A stretch of DNA of 64,000 nucleotides, taken from the NCBI GenBank assembly GCA_035607285.1, contig DATNBZ010000204.1:18850-82849 (forward strand), written 5' to 3'. The translations under genes and the position numbers were made by a program. Of the stretch, positions 53,375 through 62,973 are shown in pieces. The notes under the pieces were generated by a model. It searched no databases. It was not told the origin of the DNA and saw only the letters and a list, made by a program, of their open reading frames with translations. How positions within the stretch are numbered: position 1 is the first letter of the stretch; each line of letters begins with the position of its first letter. This stretch comes from Blastocatellia bacterium (GTDB taxonomy: Bacteria; Acidobacteriota; Blastocatellia; UBA7656).

Positions 53375-55810
53375 ATGGATGACCGCACTCTCAAGACTCT
53401 CGATTTCGAATCGCTGATCAGCCTGCTGGCGCGTCACGTTCAGACGCCGCTCGGCCGCAAGCGAGCGATTGCGCTGTTGCCATCCAGTGATCGCGCTCAC
53501 ATTGATCGCGAGCTTGATCGGACTACGGAGTGCGCGAACTACCTCTCTACCGGTGGCGCGTTTGGCCTTGGTGAGATAGAAGATCCCGAACAGTCCCTCT
53601 CCCAGCTTCAGGTCGAAGGCACAAGTCTCGACCCGCAACAAGTGCTCGGCCTTCAGCGAATCATCGGCGCGGGAATGGATGTTCGGGCGCAGTTCTCCGA
53701 CGCCGAGATCAGGAGCCGCTATCGTGAGCTGTCATCGATAACCGCAAGCCTGCCGGATCTCAGGCGGGTCCTCGCATCGATAAGGGGAAAGATACTTCCT
53801 ACCGGCGAGATCGACGATGGCGCCAGCCCTGTGCTGCGCAGGATTCGCCGAGAGATTAACGAACGCCGCACACGAATTTATCGCAGTCTCGAATCGTTGA
53901 TGCACGACCGCGCGCCTTCGGCCATTCAGGAGGACATAGTCACCATCCGCAATGGCCGGTTCGTCATTCCGGTGCGAACAGACGCTCGTTCGCAAATACC
54001 CGGAGTCATGCACGGGCTCTCATCGAGCGGGCAAACAACCTTTATCGAGCCTCTCGCTACAATCGATCAAAACAACGAGATGGTCCGCCTGCGCGAGGAA
54101 GAAGAGATCGAGATCGCGCGCATTCTGCTGGAAATCAGCGAAACTCTTAGAGCGAACCGCGCCGGCATTGTCTCAATCGCGGACGCGTTGGCCGAGATCG
54201 ATTTCACGCAAGCGAAAGCAAGATTATCCGCGGAGTTCAACTGCGTTCGGCCCACGATGACCGACAGCCGCTCTTTGGTGCTTGAAGATACACGTCATCC
54301 GCTGCTCGAGCACTCGCTCAAGAAAAGTGCCGGCAGGATTGTTCCGATCTCTCTTGCGATGGATGAAACTCATCAGACGATGGTGGTCAGCGGACCGAAC
54401 GCCGGCGGAAAAACTGTCGTGGTAAAGACCGTCGGGCTGATCGCGTTGATGGCACAAGCCGGATTGCATGTCCCCGCTTCCCGAGCCGTCGTCCCGGTCT
54501 TTGGGCAGGTGCTTGCCGACATCGGCGATCAACAATCGATCGCAGCGAATCTGTCGACCTTTACGGCGCACATGCGCAACATCGCGGAGATGGCTCAGAA
54601 CGTCTCGCCGCCCGCGCTGATTCTGCTCGACGAAGTGGGCACGGGCACTGATCCCGACGAAGGCGCCGCGCTCGGCGTTGCCATCGTAGACTTTTTCCGG
54701 CGCGCTCAGGCGACTACCATTGCGACGACTCACTACAACCCGCTAAAGACGTGGGCGTCTCAGATCGATGACGTGCTGAATGCGTCGGTCGAGTTCGACG
54801 AAGAAACGCTGAGACCCACTTACCGGTTAATCGTCGGGGTCGCGGGTTCGTCGGCAGGTCTCGAGATCGCGCGCCGAATGAATCTTCCAAGCGAGATCAT
54901 CGAGGAAGCAAAAGTGTGGATCGACCCGGCTCACATCGAAGCAAGCGACTACCTGAAACGGCTCAAGAAGCTTGTGGATGAACAGGAGGGCCTGCACGCG
55001 GCGCTCGAAGACGAACGTCAGGCGACCGCGGACAAGTACGCCCAGCTTGACATTGAATTCGCGCACCGCGAAGCCGGCCGCCAGCGAGAATTCGAAAGCC
55101 AGCTCGCTCAGGTTATCCGCGACTTTACCACCGAAAGCGAGCGAGTCCTCGACACTATCAAAGATCGCGCGACCGCCGCCCGATTGAAAAAGGAATCAGA
55201 GGTTCGGGCTTCCGAATTGCGAAAGTCCGCGGCAGTGCGCTTGCGCAAACAGGTAGCGAGTGCGCCGGTTGCTACAGTTCCGCTAGCAGTGACCACTGCG
55301 GCTCAACCGGCAATTGAATTCGCTTCCGATACCGCGGATATTCAGCCGCGCGACCGAGTCAGGATCAAGACTCTTAATCAGGAAGGGACGGTCGAATCGA
55401 TCAGTGACGGCGAATACACAGTGTTGGTCGGATCGTTAAGATTCCGCGCTCAACGCGATGAGATTCAACTGATGAAAGCGTCCGCAGCGCCGTCTAAGCA
55501 GGCGGGCGCAAAGCCTCGCGGCGCCAGTGCCAAACAAAAGTCCGACGTAGATGTCGATCAGAATTTCACACGCGAGGTCAACGTGATCGGCTTGCGAGCT
55601 GACGAAGCTACGGACCTGGTGGACAAGTTCATGGACGAAGCGTATATGGCCGGCGCCGACGCGGTTCGCATTGTACACGGCCACGGCACTGGAGCATTGC
55701 GACGCGCGATCGCGGAACTGCTGACTGGTCACGCGCATGTGGACCGCTTCAAGGCTGCGCCTTCGGATCAAGGCGGAACAGGCGCGACAATCGCGGAACT
55801 CAAGAAGTAA
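53375..55810 (+). CDS. mutS2: endonuclease MutS2 (MutS domain V ATPase plus C-terminal Smr domain)
   Basis: Walker A SGPNAGGKTV, Walker B LILLDEVGTGTDP, and Smr VNVIGLRADEATDLVDKFMDEAYMAGADAVRIVHGHGTGALR. The start is set at the ATG at 53375, after GAGGGA. Confidence 0.95.
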   Translation: MDDRTLKTLDFESLISLLARHVQTPLGRKRAIALLPSSDRAHIDRELDRTTECANYLSTGGAFGLGEIEDPEQSLSQLQVEGTSLDPQQVLGLQRIIGAGMDVRAQFSDAEIRSRYRELSSITASLPDLRRVLASIRGKILPTGEIDDGASPVLRRIRREINERRTRIYRSLESLMHDRAPSAIQEDIVTIRNGRFVIPVRTDARSQIPGVMHGLSSSGQTTFIEPLATIDQNNEMVRLREEEEIEIARILLEISETLRANRAGIVSIADALAEIDFTQAKARLSAEFNCVRPTMTDSRSLVLEDTRHPLLEHSLKKSAGRIVPISLAMDETHQTMVVSGPNAGGKTVVVKTVGLIALMAQAGLHVPASRAVVPVFGQVLADIGDQQSIAANLSTFTAHMRNIAEMAQNVSPPALILLDEVGTGTDPDEGAALGVAIVDFFRRAQATTIATTHYNPLKTWASQIDDVLNASVEFDEETLRPTYRLIVGVAGSSAGLEIARRMNLPSEIIEEAKVWIDPAHIEASDYLKRLKKLVDEQEGLHAALEDERQATADKYAQLDIEFAHREAGRQREFESQLAQVIRDFTTESERVLDTIKDRATAARLKKESEVRASELRKSAAVRLRKQVASAPVATVPLAVTTAAQPAIEFASDTADIQPRDRVRIKTLNQEGTVESISDGEYTVLVGSLRFRAQRDEIQLMKASAAPSKQAGAKPRGASAKQKSDVDVDQNFTREVNVIGLRADEATDLVDKFMDEAYMAGADAVRIVHGHGTGALRRAIAELLTGHAHVDRFKAAPSDQGGTGATIAELKK

Positions 55811-55850
55811 TTCGACTAACTGACAGGGGAGAAGGATTTCTGCGGGCATT

Positions 55851-55912
55851 GCGGTCCTTTGCGTCTTTGCGTTGAGTATTGTTTCTCGCAAAGGACCGCA
55901 AAGCTCGCAAAG
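55851..55912. repeat. palindromic intergenic repeat, family B (short copy)
   Basis: gcggtcctttgcgtctttgcgttgagtatt pairs with ctcgcaaaggaccgcaaagctcgcaaag. Confidence 0.8.
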
Positions 55913-55920
55913 ATTCAAAT

Positions 55921-56679
55921 CTACTTCGGCCTGTACACCGGCGCCTGCACCGTCGCCGGTTGGCCTTTCAAGTCATCACCGCGAACGCCGTTGATGTCCG
56001 CGTAGAAGGACACCTTGCCGCTCTTGCCGTAAGCCGTCGGCGTCGCCGTCGCGAAGTAAGACTTCTGATCAGCGCTCACGGTCACGTTGAATCGATAACC
56101 GCTCGCTTCTCCGTCTTCGATGTCCTTCGGAACTGCGTTGAGTCGTATCAATTCCGGGAGTGGGATATTACGGCCCTCGAAACGCCGCGAGTAGATCAAC
56201 TCCGCGCCGATGATCCGTTGTAACATCTCATACGCCTCGCTCTCATTCACCAGCATTCGAGCGTTGAAGAAGAACGCCCGCCCCTGGGCGTTCACGAGCG
56301 CAAGCGTTTCCTGATCCCCGACCAGCCATTCTCCTCCCGAACGAACCAGCACAACCTGTTGAATGTCTTCGGCTCCCGCGAACTTCAGAGAGACTGTCGC
56401 AGTCTGCCCGGTGATCATCTCACCTCGCGCCTCGATCTTTTCAGGGATGGTCGAAAACGTGCGCGCAAAGTCAGGCTCGAGCTCCTGGAGCTCGGCGGCT
56501 GTCAGACCTTCAACGGCGTTGCGATAAACCGAATGCCTGAAGCCTTCAACGTAACGCTTCTCTTTCAGCGCGCGATAGAAGCCGAGCGCCGCGTCGGTGG
56601 GTGACCCGGGCTTCTGCCGAGCGACGACGGCAAACGCAATCAGGAGCAGCGCTAAGACGGAAGCGATTGTTCGAGTCAT
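55921..56679 (-). CDS. hypothetical secreted protein
   Basis: The signal peptide is MTRTIASVLALLLIAFAVVA. The start overlaps the ankyrin gene stop by 4 nt, suggesting co-translation. Confidence 0.55.
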   Translation of the reverse strand: MTRTIASVLALLLIAFAVVARQKPGSPTDAALGFYRALKEKRYVEGFRHSVYRNAVEGLTAAELQELEPDFARTFSTIPEKIEARGEMITGQTATVSLKFAGAEDIQQVVLVRSGGEWLVGDQETLALVNAQGRAFFFNARMLVNESEAYEMLQRIIGAELIYSRRFEGRNIPLPELIRLNAVPKDIEDGEASGYRFNVTVSADQKSYFATATPTAYGKSGKVSFYADINGVRGDDLKGQPATVQAPVYRPK

Positions 56680-57200
56680 TTCTTTCCGGCGCTCTGCCCC
56701 GTTGATCGGTGCTTCAGCAATTGAACTATGTCGTCCTTCTTTTGATCTTCTGCGTAGCTGGTTGCGGTGCGGCCTCCTGTATCTTTCACCGACGGGTCGG
56801 CTCCCGCGTCCAGCAGAATCTTCACTATCTCTGTTTGTCCGACAAGCGCCGCCTGCATCAAGGGAGTGTAATTCCCCGGAGTCCGATGATTCACATCCGC
56901 TCCCTTTTTGATCAGCAGTTCCACCAGGTCTTTGTCTCCCATGCCGGCGGCGTTCATCAGCGGAGTGATGCCGGTGTTATTTGCGGCGTTGACATCGGCT
57001 CCTTCGTCCACCAATCGGCGCGCCTCGATGCCGTTTCCCACATTCACGGCGCTCAGCAGCGGGGTGTTGCCTTCGGCGTCTTTCGAATCACTTGAAGCCT
57101 GAGGAGTCTCAGCCTGGGAGTTCTTATTTGACGTCGACGAGTGACTACAGGCAGGGATTAAGAGCGCAAGCAGGATCAGGGCCAGGGTCTCTTTGCGCAT
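56676..57200 (-). CDS. ankyrin-repeat lipoprotein
   Basis: The lipobox-like signal is MRKETLALILLALLIPAC. Four ankyrin repeats follow (GNTPLLSAV, GITPLMNAAGMGDKDLVELLIKKGADVN, YTPLMQAALVGQTEIVKILLDAGADP, GRTATSYA). Confidence 0.85.
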   Translation of the reverse strand: MRKETLALILLALLIPACSHSSTSNKNSQAETPQASSDSKDAEGNTPLLSAVNVGNGIEARRLVDEGADVNAANNTGITPLMNAAGMGDKDLVELLIKKGADVNHRTPGNYTPLMQAALVGQTEIVKILLDAGADPSVKDTGGRTATSYAEDQKKDDIVQLLKHRSTGQSAGKK

Positions 57201-57320
57201 CACAAACATTCCTTTCATACAGCGTGAGAATTTGCTCGGCAGCGCCGAGTTGCAGAGCCGTGAATTTACCATAATCTCGCGCACGCTTCAAAAAAGGCGG
57301 CGGTCTGCGCCTTCAGATTC

Positions 57321-57425
57321 CTTGCGTGCTTTGCGGTCCTTTGCGTCTTTGCGTTGAAATAAGTTCTTGAGATTCCAAGTCGACGCTTCAACGCAAAGAC
57401 GCAAAGGACCGCAAAGCACGCAAAG
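57321..57425. repeat. palindromic intergenic repeat, family B
   Basis: cttgcgtgctttgcggtcctttgcgtctttgcgttgaa pairs with ttcaacgcaaagacgcaaaggaccgcaaagcacgcaaag. Confidence 0.95.
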
Positions 57426-57520
57426 CCAGGAAAGCTTCCGCGGTTGGTGCATGTGATCCGGCGCTGTATAATGTCGGGCCGCATCGAACCTGGCCCTAAG
57501 AATCAAGACGAGGAAAAATC

Positions 57521-58714
57521 ATGGACCTGAATTCAACACCAGCCGAGGATCGCTTTCGAAACGAATTTCGAAGCTGGCTTCAGTCGAATATTCCTGAAAG
57601 TTGGGACCCTGCCGGTCTTCAGGAAGAGGACTCAAAACAGCGCTTCGAGTTTCTGCGCGCCTGGCAAAAGAAAATGTACGAAGCCGGATGGATCGGCATT
57701 CACTGGCCCAAAGAATATGGCGGGCGCGGAGCCACGCTGATCGAGCAGACCATCTTCATCGAAGAGATGGCGCGCGCAGCCGCGCCTCCGCTGATAAACG
57801 TGCTCGGACTGTCGCTTCTGGGACCGACGTTGATTGCTTATGGAAGCGAGCAGCAGAAGCAACGCTTTCTGGCGAATATTCTGAGCGCCGATGAGATCTG
57901 GTGTCAGGGTTACTCAGAACCAAATGCCGGTTCCGATCTGGCAGCTCTCAGGTCCGAAGCTGTTCTCGAAGGCGACCACTTCATTGTCAACGGCCAGAAG
58001 ACGTGGACGAGCTTCGGCCACTTTGCCGACTGGTGCTTTGCGGTTGTGCGCACCGATCCGGATGTTCCAAAACACAAGGGCCTTACTTACATGCTGATCG
58101 ACATGCACAGCCCGGGCATCAGCGTGCGTCCCTTGAAGCAGATGACCGGTGACTCGGAATTCAACGAAGTCTCTTTTCAGAACGTGCAGGTTCCGGCAGA
58201 GAACGTTGTCGGCAAGGTAAACGATGGATGGAACATCGCGATCGCTACGTTGATGTTCGAGCGCGGGACGCTCGGTGCGAGTCTCCAAATAACCTTCAAG
58301 CGGCAGATTGAACGGCTGATCGAGTTGTCGCGGACCCTCGATCGCGGCGGAAGGCCGGCGAGCGAGGACCCGATCATTCGTCAGAAACTCGCACAGATGT
58401 ATACCGAGATTGAGATTTTCAGGCTCAACCAGATGCGAGCTACAACCAGAATGTCCAAGAGCGGCGTACCCGGACCCGAAGGCTCGATTCAAAAAATATT
58501 CTGGAGCGAGATGAATCAACGAATGCAGCAGGTGGCCCTGGAGATGTTGGGCGCTTACGGCCAGTTGACCAAGGAGAGCGAGTACGCAATCGACCACGGC
58601 CAGTGGGCGCATGCTTACCTGCGTTCGCGTGGGAACACGATCGAAGCGGGCACTTCGGAGATTCAGCGAAACATAATCGGCCACTTTGTGTTGGGCTTGC
58701 CAAAGAGCTATTGA
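57521..58714 (+). CDS. acyl-CoA dehydrogenase family protein (catalytic-type subunit)
   Basis: 397 aa. The middle domain has WCQGYSEPNAGSDLA and QKTWTSF. The C-terminal IEAGTSEIQRNIIGHFVLGLP is typical of FadE-type ACADs. Confidence 0.9.
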   Translation: MDLNSTPAEDRFRNEFRSWLQSNIPESWDPAGLQEEDSKQRFEFLRAWQKKMYEAGWIGIHWPKEYGGRGATLIEQTIFIEEMARAAAPPLINVLGLSLLGPTLIAYGSEQQKQRFLANILSADEIWCQGYSEPNAGSDLAALRSEAVLEGDHFIVNGQKTWTSFGHFADWCFAVVRTDPDVPKHKGLTYMLIDMHSPGISVRPLKQMTGDSEFNEVSFQNVQVPAENVVGKVNDGWNIAIATLMFERGTLGASLQITFKRQIERLIELSRTLDRGGRPASEDPIIRQKLAQMYTEIEIFRLNQMRATTRMSKSGVPGPEGSIQKIFWSEMNQRMQQVALEMLGAYGQLTKESEYAIDHGQWAHAYLRSRGNTIEAGTSEIQRNIIGHFVLGLPKSY

Positions 58715-58794
58715 GCTTTGCGCTCTTTGCGGTTCTCTGCGTCTTTGCGAGGAACAATACTCAACGCAAAGACGCAAAGGACCGCAAAGAACGC
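58713..58794. repeat. palindromic intergenic repeat, family B
   Basis: gagctttgcgctctttgcggttctctgcgtctttgcga pairs with tcaacgcaaagacgcaaaggaccgcaaagaacgc. It begins at the stop codon of the upstream ACAD gene. Confidence 0.9.
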
Positions 58795-58821
58795 TAAGAA
58801 TGCAGCGCATCAGGAGAACAA

Positions 58822-59985
58822 ATGGACTTCGAACTAAACGAAACTCAAAAACTTTTTCAGCGATCCGCCCGCGAGCTTTTTGCGCAGGAATGCCCGCCCG
58901 CTCTGGTCCGCGAGATGATCGAAAAGAACGAGCCGTACTCCGATGTCGTCTGGAGCAAGCTGGTCGAGCAAGGCTGGACCGGTTTGACCTTCGCGGAAGA
59001 AGACGGCGGACTCGGCTTGAGTACGGTCGAGCTCGCGATCGCATTCGAAGAGATGGGCCGGGCGCTGGTACCCGGCGCCTTCCTGTCCACGGTTGCTCTT
59101 GCGGGATCGCTGATCGAAAAAGCTTGCTCGTCCGAGTATCGCACTCAGCGGCTTCAAGCGATATGCGACGGCGGACTAAAGGCGACGGTTGCATTGCTCG
59201 AGAAGAGCGCCAGTTGGGACATTGACTCAGTGAAGCTTGCAGCTACAACTGTTTCCGGCGGTGTCAAATTAAGCGGCACTAAACTTTTCGTGAGTGACGC
59301 CTCGGTGGCCGACTACATAATCACGGTCGCGCGTTCGGAGACCGGACTTGTGCTGGCTTTCGTGAAACGCGAAGCCGAGGGTGTGACCATCAAACCGATG
59401 CCGGCAGTTGATGCAAGTCGACTGCTCTACGCGGTCGAGTTCAATGACGTCGTTGTGAGCGCGGAAGACGTGGTCACCGACAGCGCGACGGCTCGCGCGT
59501 CGCTCAAGTACGCGCTCGACGTAGCCACGCTTGGGATCGCCGCTGAGATGGTTGGTGGAATGCAATTGTTGCTCGAGGCTTCAGTTGAGTATGCAAAGAC
59601 ACGGAAGCAGTTTGGGAAACCGATCGGCCAGTTTCAAGCCGTGCAACATCATTGCGCCAATATGTTGCTGATGACCGAGAGCGCGCGGTCCGCGGTGTAT
59701 TACGCGGCTTGGCTGATGGGCAATGACCTGCAAGCGGCTCCAGTGGCCGTTTCCATGGCAAAGACCTACGCCAGCGATTCGTATCGAGAAGTCGGCAATC
59801 TTGCTATCCAGGTGCACGGCGGCATCGGATTCACATGGGACGAGAACATACATTTCTACTACAAGCGAGCGAAGGCGTCAGAGCTCATGTTCGGCGATGC
59901 GACTTATCACCGCGAGCGAATAGCAAAGCTGATCGTCGATCGCCAGAGTGAGCCGGCAAGAACGGCAACGGGCGCCGCGGACTAG
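58822..59985 (+). CDS. acyl-CoA dehydrogenase family protein (divergent second subunit)
   Basis: 387 aa with an ACAD fold pattern (GIAAEMVGGMQLLLEASVEYAKTRKQFGKPIGQFQAVQH). The C-terminal segment is FGDATYHRERIA, where the first gene has IEAGTSEIQRNII. Confidence 0.85.
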   Translation: MDFELNETQKLFQRSARELFAQECPPALVREMIEKNEPYSDVVWSKLVEQGWTGLTFAEEDGGLGLSTVELAIAFEEMGRALVPGAFLSTVALAGSLIEKACSSEYRTQRLQAICDGGLKATVALLEKSASWDIDSVKLAATTVSGGVKLSGTKLFVSDASVADYIITVARSETGLVLAFVKREAEGVTIKPMPAVDASRLLYAVEFNDVVVSAEDVVTDSATARASLKYALDVATLGIAAEMVGGMQLLLEASVEYAKTRKQFGKPIGQFQAVQHHCANMLLMTESARSAVYYAAWLMGNDLQAAPVAVSMAKTYASDSYREVGNLAIQVHGGIGFTWDENIHFYYKRAKASELMFGDATYHRERIAKLIVDRQSEPARTATGAAD

Positions 59986-60012
59986 TTGCGTGTAACAAAG
60001 TTTTTGCCGGCG

Positions 60013-60125
60013 ATTAAGGGCACACATGTATGGGCGGTCCTCCGTGGCCGCCCCTTAATGAGGAAGCGCTTCATCGAAGGAGGGGCGGCCCCACGGAGGA
60101 CCGCCCATACATGTGTGCCCTTAAT
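60013..60125. repeat. palindromic intergenic repeat, family C (variant)
   Basis: attaagggcacacatgtatgggcggtcctccgtggccgcccc pairs with ggggcggccccacggaggaccgcccatacatgtgtgcccttaat. Confidence 0.9.
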
Positions 60126-60322
60126 AGCTAGCGAAATGAATGTAACAAGCACTATATCGAAGAAGGTTGTGAAGATAACAAAAGGTGATATCGGGTGTTA
60201 GGTGTTCGGCTGTGTGCCCAGAGCCTAAACCTAACACCCTTCGTAACGCCCGTCGAAGAGGCGGATTCTTAGAGCGTTGATACGCGCGTTCCTTAGCCAA
60301 TCGGCGTGCCAAAGAGAATTGC

Positions 60323-60348
60323 GGATTTCGGATTTCGGATTTCGGATT
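60323..60348. repeat. short tandem heptamer run (GGATTTC x3.5)
   Basis: Direct reading gives ggatttcggatttcggatttcggatt. I found no inverted partner. Confidence 0.8.
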
Positions 60349-60565
60349 GGTTCAATCTAAGCGCAGAAGGATCCAGTGATAAACCCAATCAAATCGCCTG
60401 GTTGAGTTAGGTGCCGATTGTGAACAGCTAGGATCAGGTTTAGCCGTGATGCATTATTCAAATATTTGAATTTTTTCGTGTCCGCTTGTGGGATGACGTT
60501 TTCCCAGAGGCGAGAAGCCCAGCCCTGCACGAAGCAACCCTCACATCGAGGGGCGTACGAGGGTT

Positions 60566-61960
60566 TTAGTAAAGCCCTGAAATCCTCGCGCCAGCAAAAT
60601 AGTGAGAAAGTATCTCTTCATGATCGTGTCCTCGGTCGGCCATCACCGCGGCGCCGATCTGGCAAAGGCCCACTCCATGTCCCCAGCCCGCGCCGATCAG
60701 GCTGAAGCGCTCGGGATATTCTGACTGTTGCTCGCGGGCCCCACGCACAACAAAAGCCGAGCTGTATAGATGCGATCGCGACAGCGCTCGCCGAATCTCA
60801 AGCTCCTTTCCGATAACCAGCGTGCGGTTCTCGCCGACGATCCTGAGCTTGATGATTCTTCCCGATTCGCCTCGCTCCAAGGCGACCAGCGAATGGACCC
60901 GTCCGAAGTCGACCCCGAGTCGCGCACGCAGAATCTCGCTAAGCTCCTGCTGGCTGTAATCCACATGCCATCGATAAAAGTCACTCGTCTCCTGATCAAA
61001 CCCCGGCAATACGCGCGCGAGGAGGTCGGGAGTTGGAACACCGCAATAAGCAACCGGCGTCGATGTGATCCAATCCTCCGCGTTGACTTCGACTGACAAC
61101 GGTAAGCGGTGTCCCGGCACCTCGCTGCCCGGGCCATCATAGATCGGTTTCAAGTATGGCACGTCCTGATCGTCCCACACGGCGCTATAGGCTTCGGTCA
61201 TGCCGCCGCAACTTTTAGAGTAACGCGCATCGCAAATTTCTTCGCCGTACACCAGCACCTTGCCGCGAGTGGCGCTTATGGCGTCGAAGGCAGACTGAGA
61301 AAAGGCCTTCGAGATTCCCTGGTACCTCTGGCAATGATCGTCCGCGCACACATCGAAGTCGCGGTGGCTCTGGCGATCGTACCAGCGAACGATTTCGTCT
61401 CGGTCTCCGACCTCCTGCACGCTTTGCGACCGCGAATGCGTCTCGGTAACGCGCTCCCTGGTTAACTGGGCAAGCAGCCAGCTCCTCGAGACTATCGCGT
61501 GAGCGCGTAAGAGCTCAGCCGGGCACGCCGCACTCATTTCGGATGAGATCACGCTTACCAAATACGACTCGAGCGGAAGCCGATTGATGATCCTCAAGCC
61601 GTCCGCGCTCGGCTCGATTATCAGCTCGCCTTGAAACTGCTGCGACTCTTCGCGCTCCCAGTGAAAGTTGAGTCCAATCTTCACTCCCTGCACAGTAAAT
61701 CGACACGCCCGAAAATCAGTTGGGGTAATTTTAATCGCCGGCGCTGTCACTTCTCGTCCGCCTTGCAGCTTAATTGCGCCGTTTTCCGGCGACGCTCTGT
61801 AGGCGCCTTCCTTAACCGGGACGCCATCGCCGTCAGTGAATGATCCCGAGAGTACAAACCTTACTTCGGGCGCGGTGTTTACAAGCCCGACACGAATCAC
61901 CGGTTCCTTGTCCATTTTAGAGATCACCACTCGGGCTCCTCCACTTTCGGCAATGAGCAT
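60566..61960 (-). CDS. SpoIID/LytB domain-containing protein
   Basis: The central ARYSKSCGGMTE and C-terminal GAGWGHGVGLCQIGAAVMA motifs are typical of SpoIID/LytB amidase-enhancer domains. The start may be the Met at 61915. Confidence 0.85.
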   Translation of the reverse strand: MLIAESGGARVVISKMDKEPVIRVGLVNTAPEVRFVLSGSFTDGDGVPVKEGAYRASPENGAIKLQGGREVTAPAIKITPTDFRACRFTVQGVKIGLNFHWEREESQQFQGELIIEPSADGLRIINRLPLESYLVSVISSEMSAACPAELLRAHAIVSRSWLLAQLTRERVTETHSRSQSVQEVGDRDEIVRWYDRQSHRDFDVCADDHCQRYQGISKAFSQSAFDAISATRGKVLVYGEEICDARYSKSCGGMTEAYSAVWDDQDVPYLKPIYDGPGSEVPGHRLPLSVEVNAEDWITSTPVAYCGVPTPDLLARVLPGFDQETSDFYRWHVDYSQQELSEILRARLGVDFGRVHSLVALERGESGRIIKLRIVGENRTLVIGKELEIRRALSRSHLYSSAFVVRGAREQQSEYPERFSLIGAGWGHGVGLCQIGAAVMADRGHDHEEILSHYFAGARISGLY

Positions 61961-62973
61961 ATTCCATCGATCAAATCGTTCACCAACTCTCTGCTCATAC
62001 TGACTTCTGAAAATATTGCCGCCATCCTCGGCCCGTCGATCTTTTCAAAGTGTTCGCGCTCGGGAACGACTACGACGCCTGCCATGTCGATCGCGCCGGG
62101 GCTTACAACCAGGCGATCATCTCCGTCAGCAAAGAAGCTCGCAGGCCGGTGTTTTGAGCGCGGGAAAAGATACACTGTCCACATTTTGGGATCGTAAGTG
62201 CATACGATGTTGATTAGCGGTTCCTCTCGGTCAGTCTGCAGGGCCAGCTCTTTGATCACCTCGTAAACCCAGTGCGAAACTTCGTCGGGATTCCCGCCGC
62301 GACTTATGACAATGCTCCGACCACAACCGCCAAGCGTGAACAACTCAAAATTGTTCCGCGCGGTTTCTTCGCAGTAAGAACAGTCCTCGGACATCACCGG
62401 TTCGTCTTCGAACAGGTGCTCTTCAACCGGCAACAGCTCGCGAGCGCAGGCTTGAAAGTGCAGATGATCGGGAGCCGAGGCGCCACATTCCGGCCCGTTA
62501 TACAAAACGAAGTAACTGGAGCCAAGGTCCTTTGCCAGCGTCAGCAGTGTTTCAACATTCCCCGCGATCTGCTGAGGGATGTGTTCCCGATGAACAATCG
62601 AAAGATGACGGTCCAACACCGGAAACGGATTGCACAGAATAACCAGCTCGCCGTAGCCGATTCCCTTCTCTTCCGCCGGAAGGTGTTCGGGACACAGGAA
62701 GCACCTGCGACGTTCTACTGACTCCTTATCAACAGCAGCGGCGGTGCTTCGAACGCGCAGCGGGTTGTGCTGGATGACGACCTCGGACTCTTCGACTTGA
62801 ACGCGTTTGGTTTCAACCTGTGCGAACGCGTCCCGGCCTTCACGCAGCAGCGGCCACGCATCAAACTGTTGGTCCAGCAACGCCGCAACTAATGCCTCGA
62901 GACTCGAGTCGCTCTCGTCTTCCAAATAATCACGAAGCTCTTGCTCACTGATGAGCCTGTCATCCCAGTTCAT
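61924..62973 (-). CDS. DUF4922-like HIT-superfamily nucleotidyltransferase/phosphorylase homologue
   Basis: RRCFLCPEHLPAEEKGIGY...ILCNPFPVLDRHLSIVHREHIPQ and the APDHLHFQA histidine motif match my recollection of DUF4922 (related to GDP-hexose phosphorylases). The ATG at 62973 overlaps the upstream stop (ATGA). Confidence 0.6.
   Translation of the reverse strand: MNWDDRLISEQELRDYLEDESDSSLEALVAALLDQQFDAWPLLREGRDAFAQVETKRVQVEESEVVIQHNPLRVRSTAAAVDKESVERRRCFLCPEHLPAEEKGIGYGELVILCNPFPVLDRHLSIVHREHIPQQIAGNVETLLTLAKDLGSSYFVLYNGPECGASAPDHLHFQACARELLPVEEHLFEDEPVMSEDCSYCEETARNNFELFTLGGCGRSIVISRGGNPDEVSHWVYEVIKELALQTDREEPLINIVCTYDPKMWTVYLFPRSKHRPASFFADGDDRLVVSPGAIDMAGVVVVPEREHFEKIDGPRMAAIFSEVSMSRELVNDLIDGICSLPKVEEPEW

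Noticed and set aside
57914-59194. A 426 aa minus-strand ORF.
   Set aside because: It is antisense to both acyl-CoA dehydrogenase genes and crosses repeat B4. No motif is present and the frame is Arg-rich and antisense-like.
60466-60565. The stem ccctc...gaggg followed by tttt near the SpoIID gene end, as an intrinsic terminator.
   Set aside because: The T-run is on the strand opposite to the gene it would terminate, and the stem is only 5 bp.
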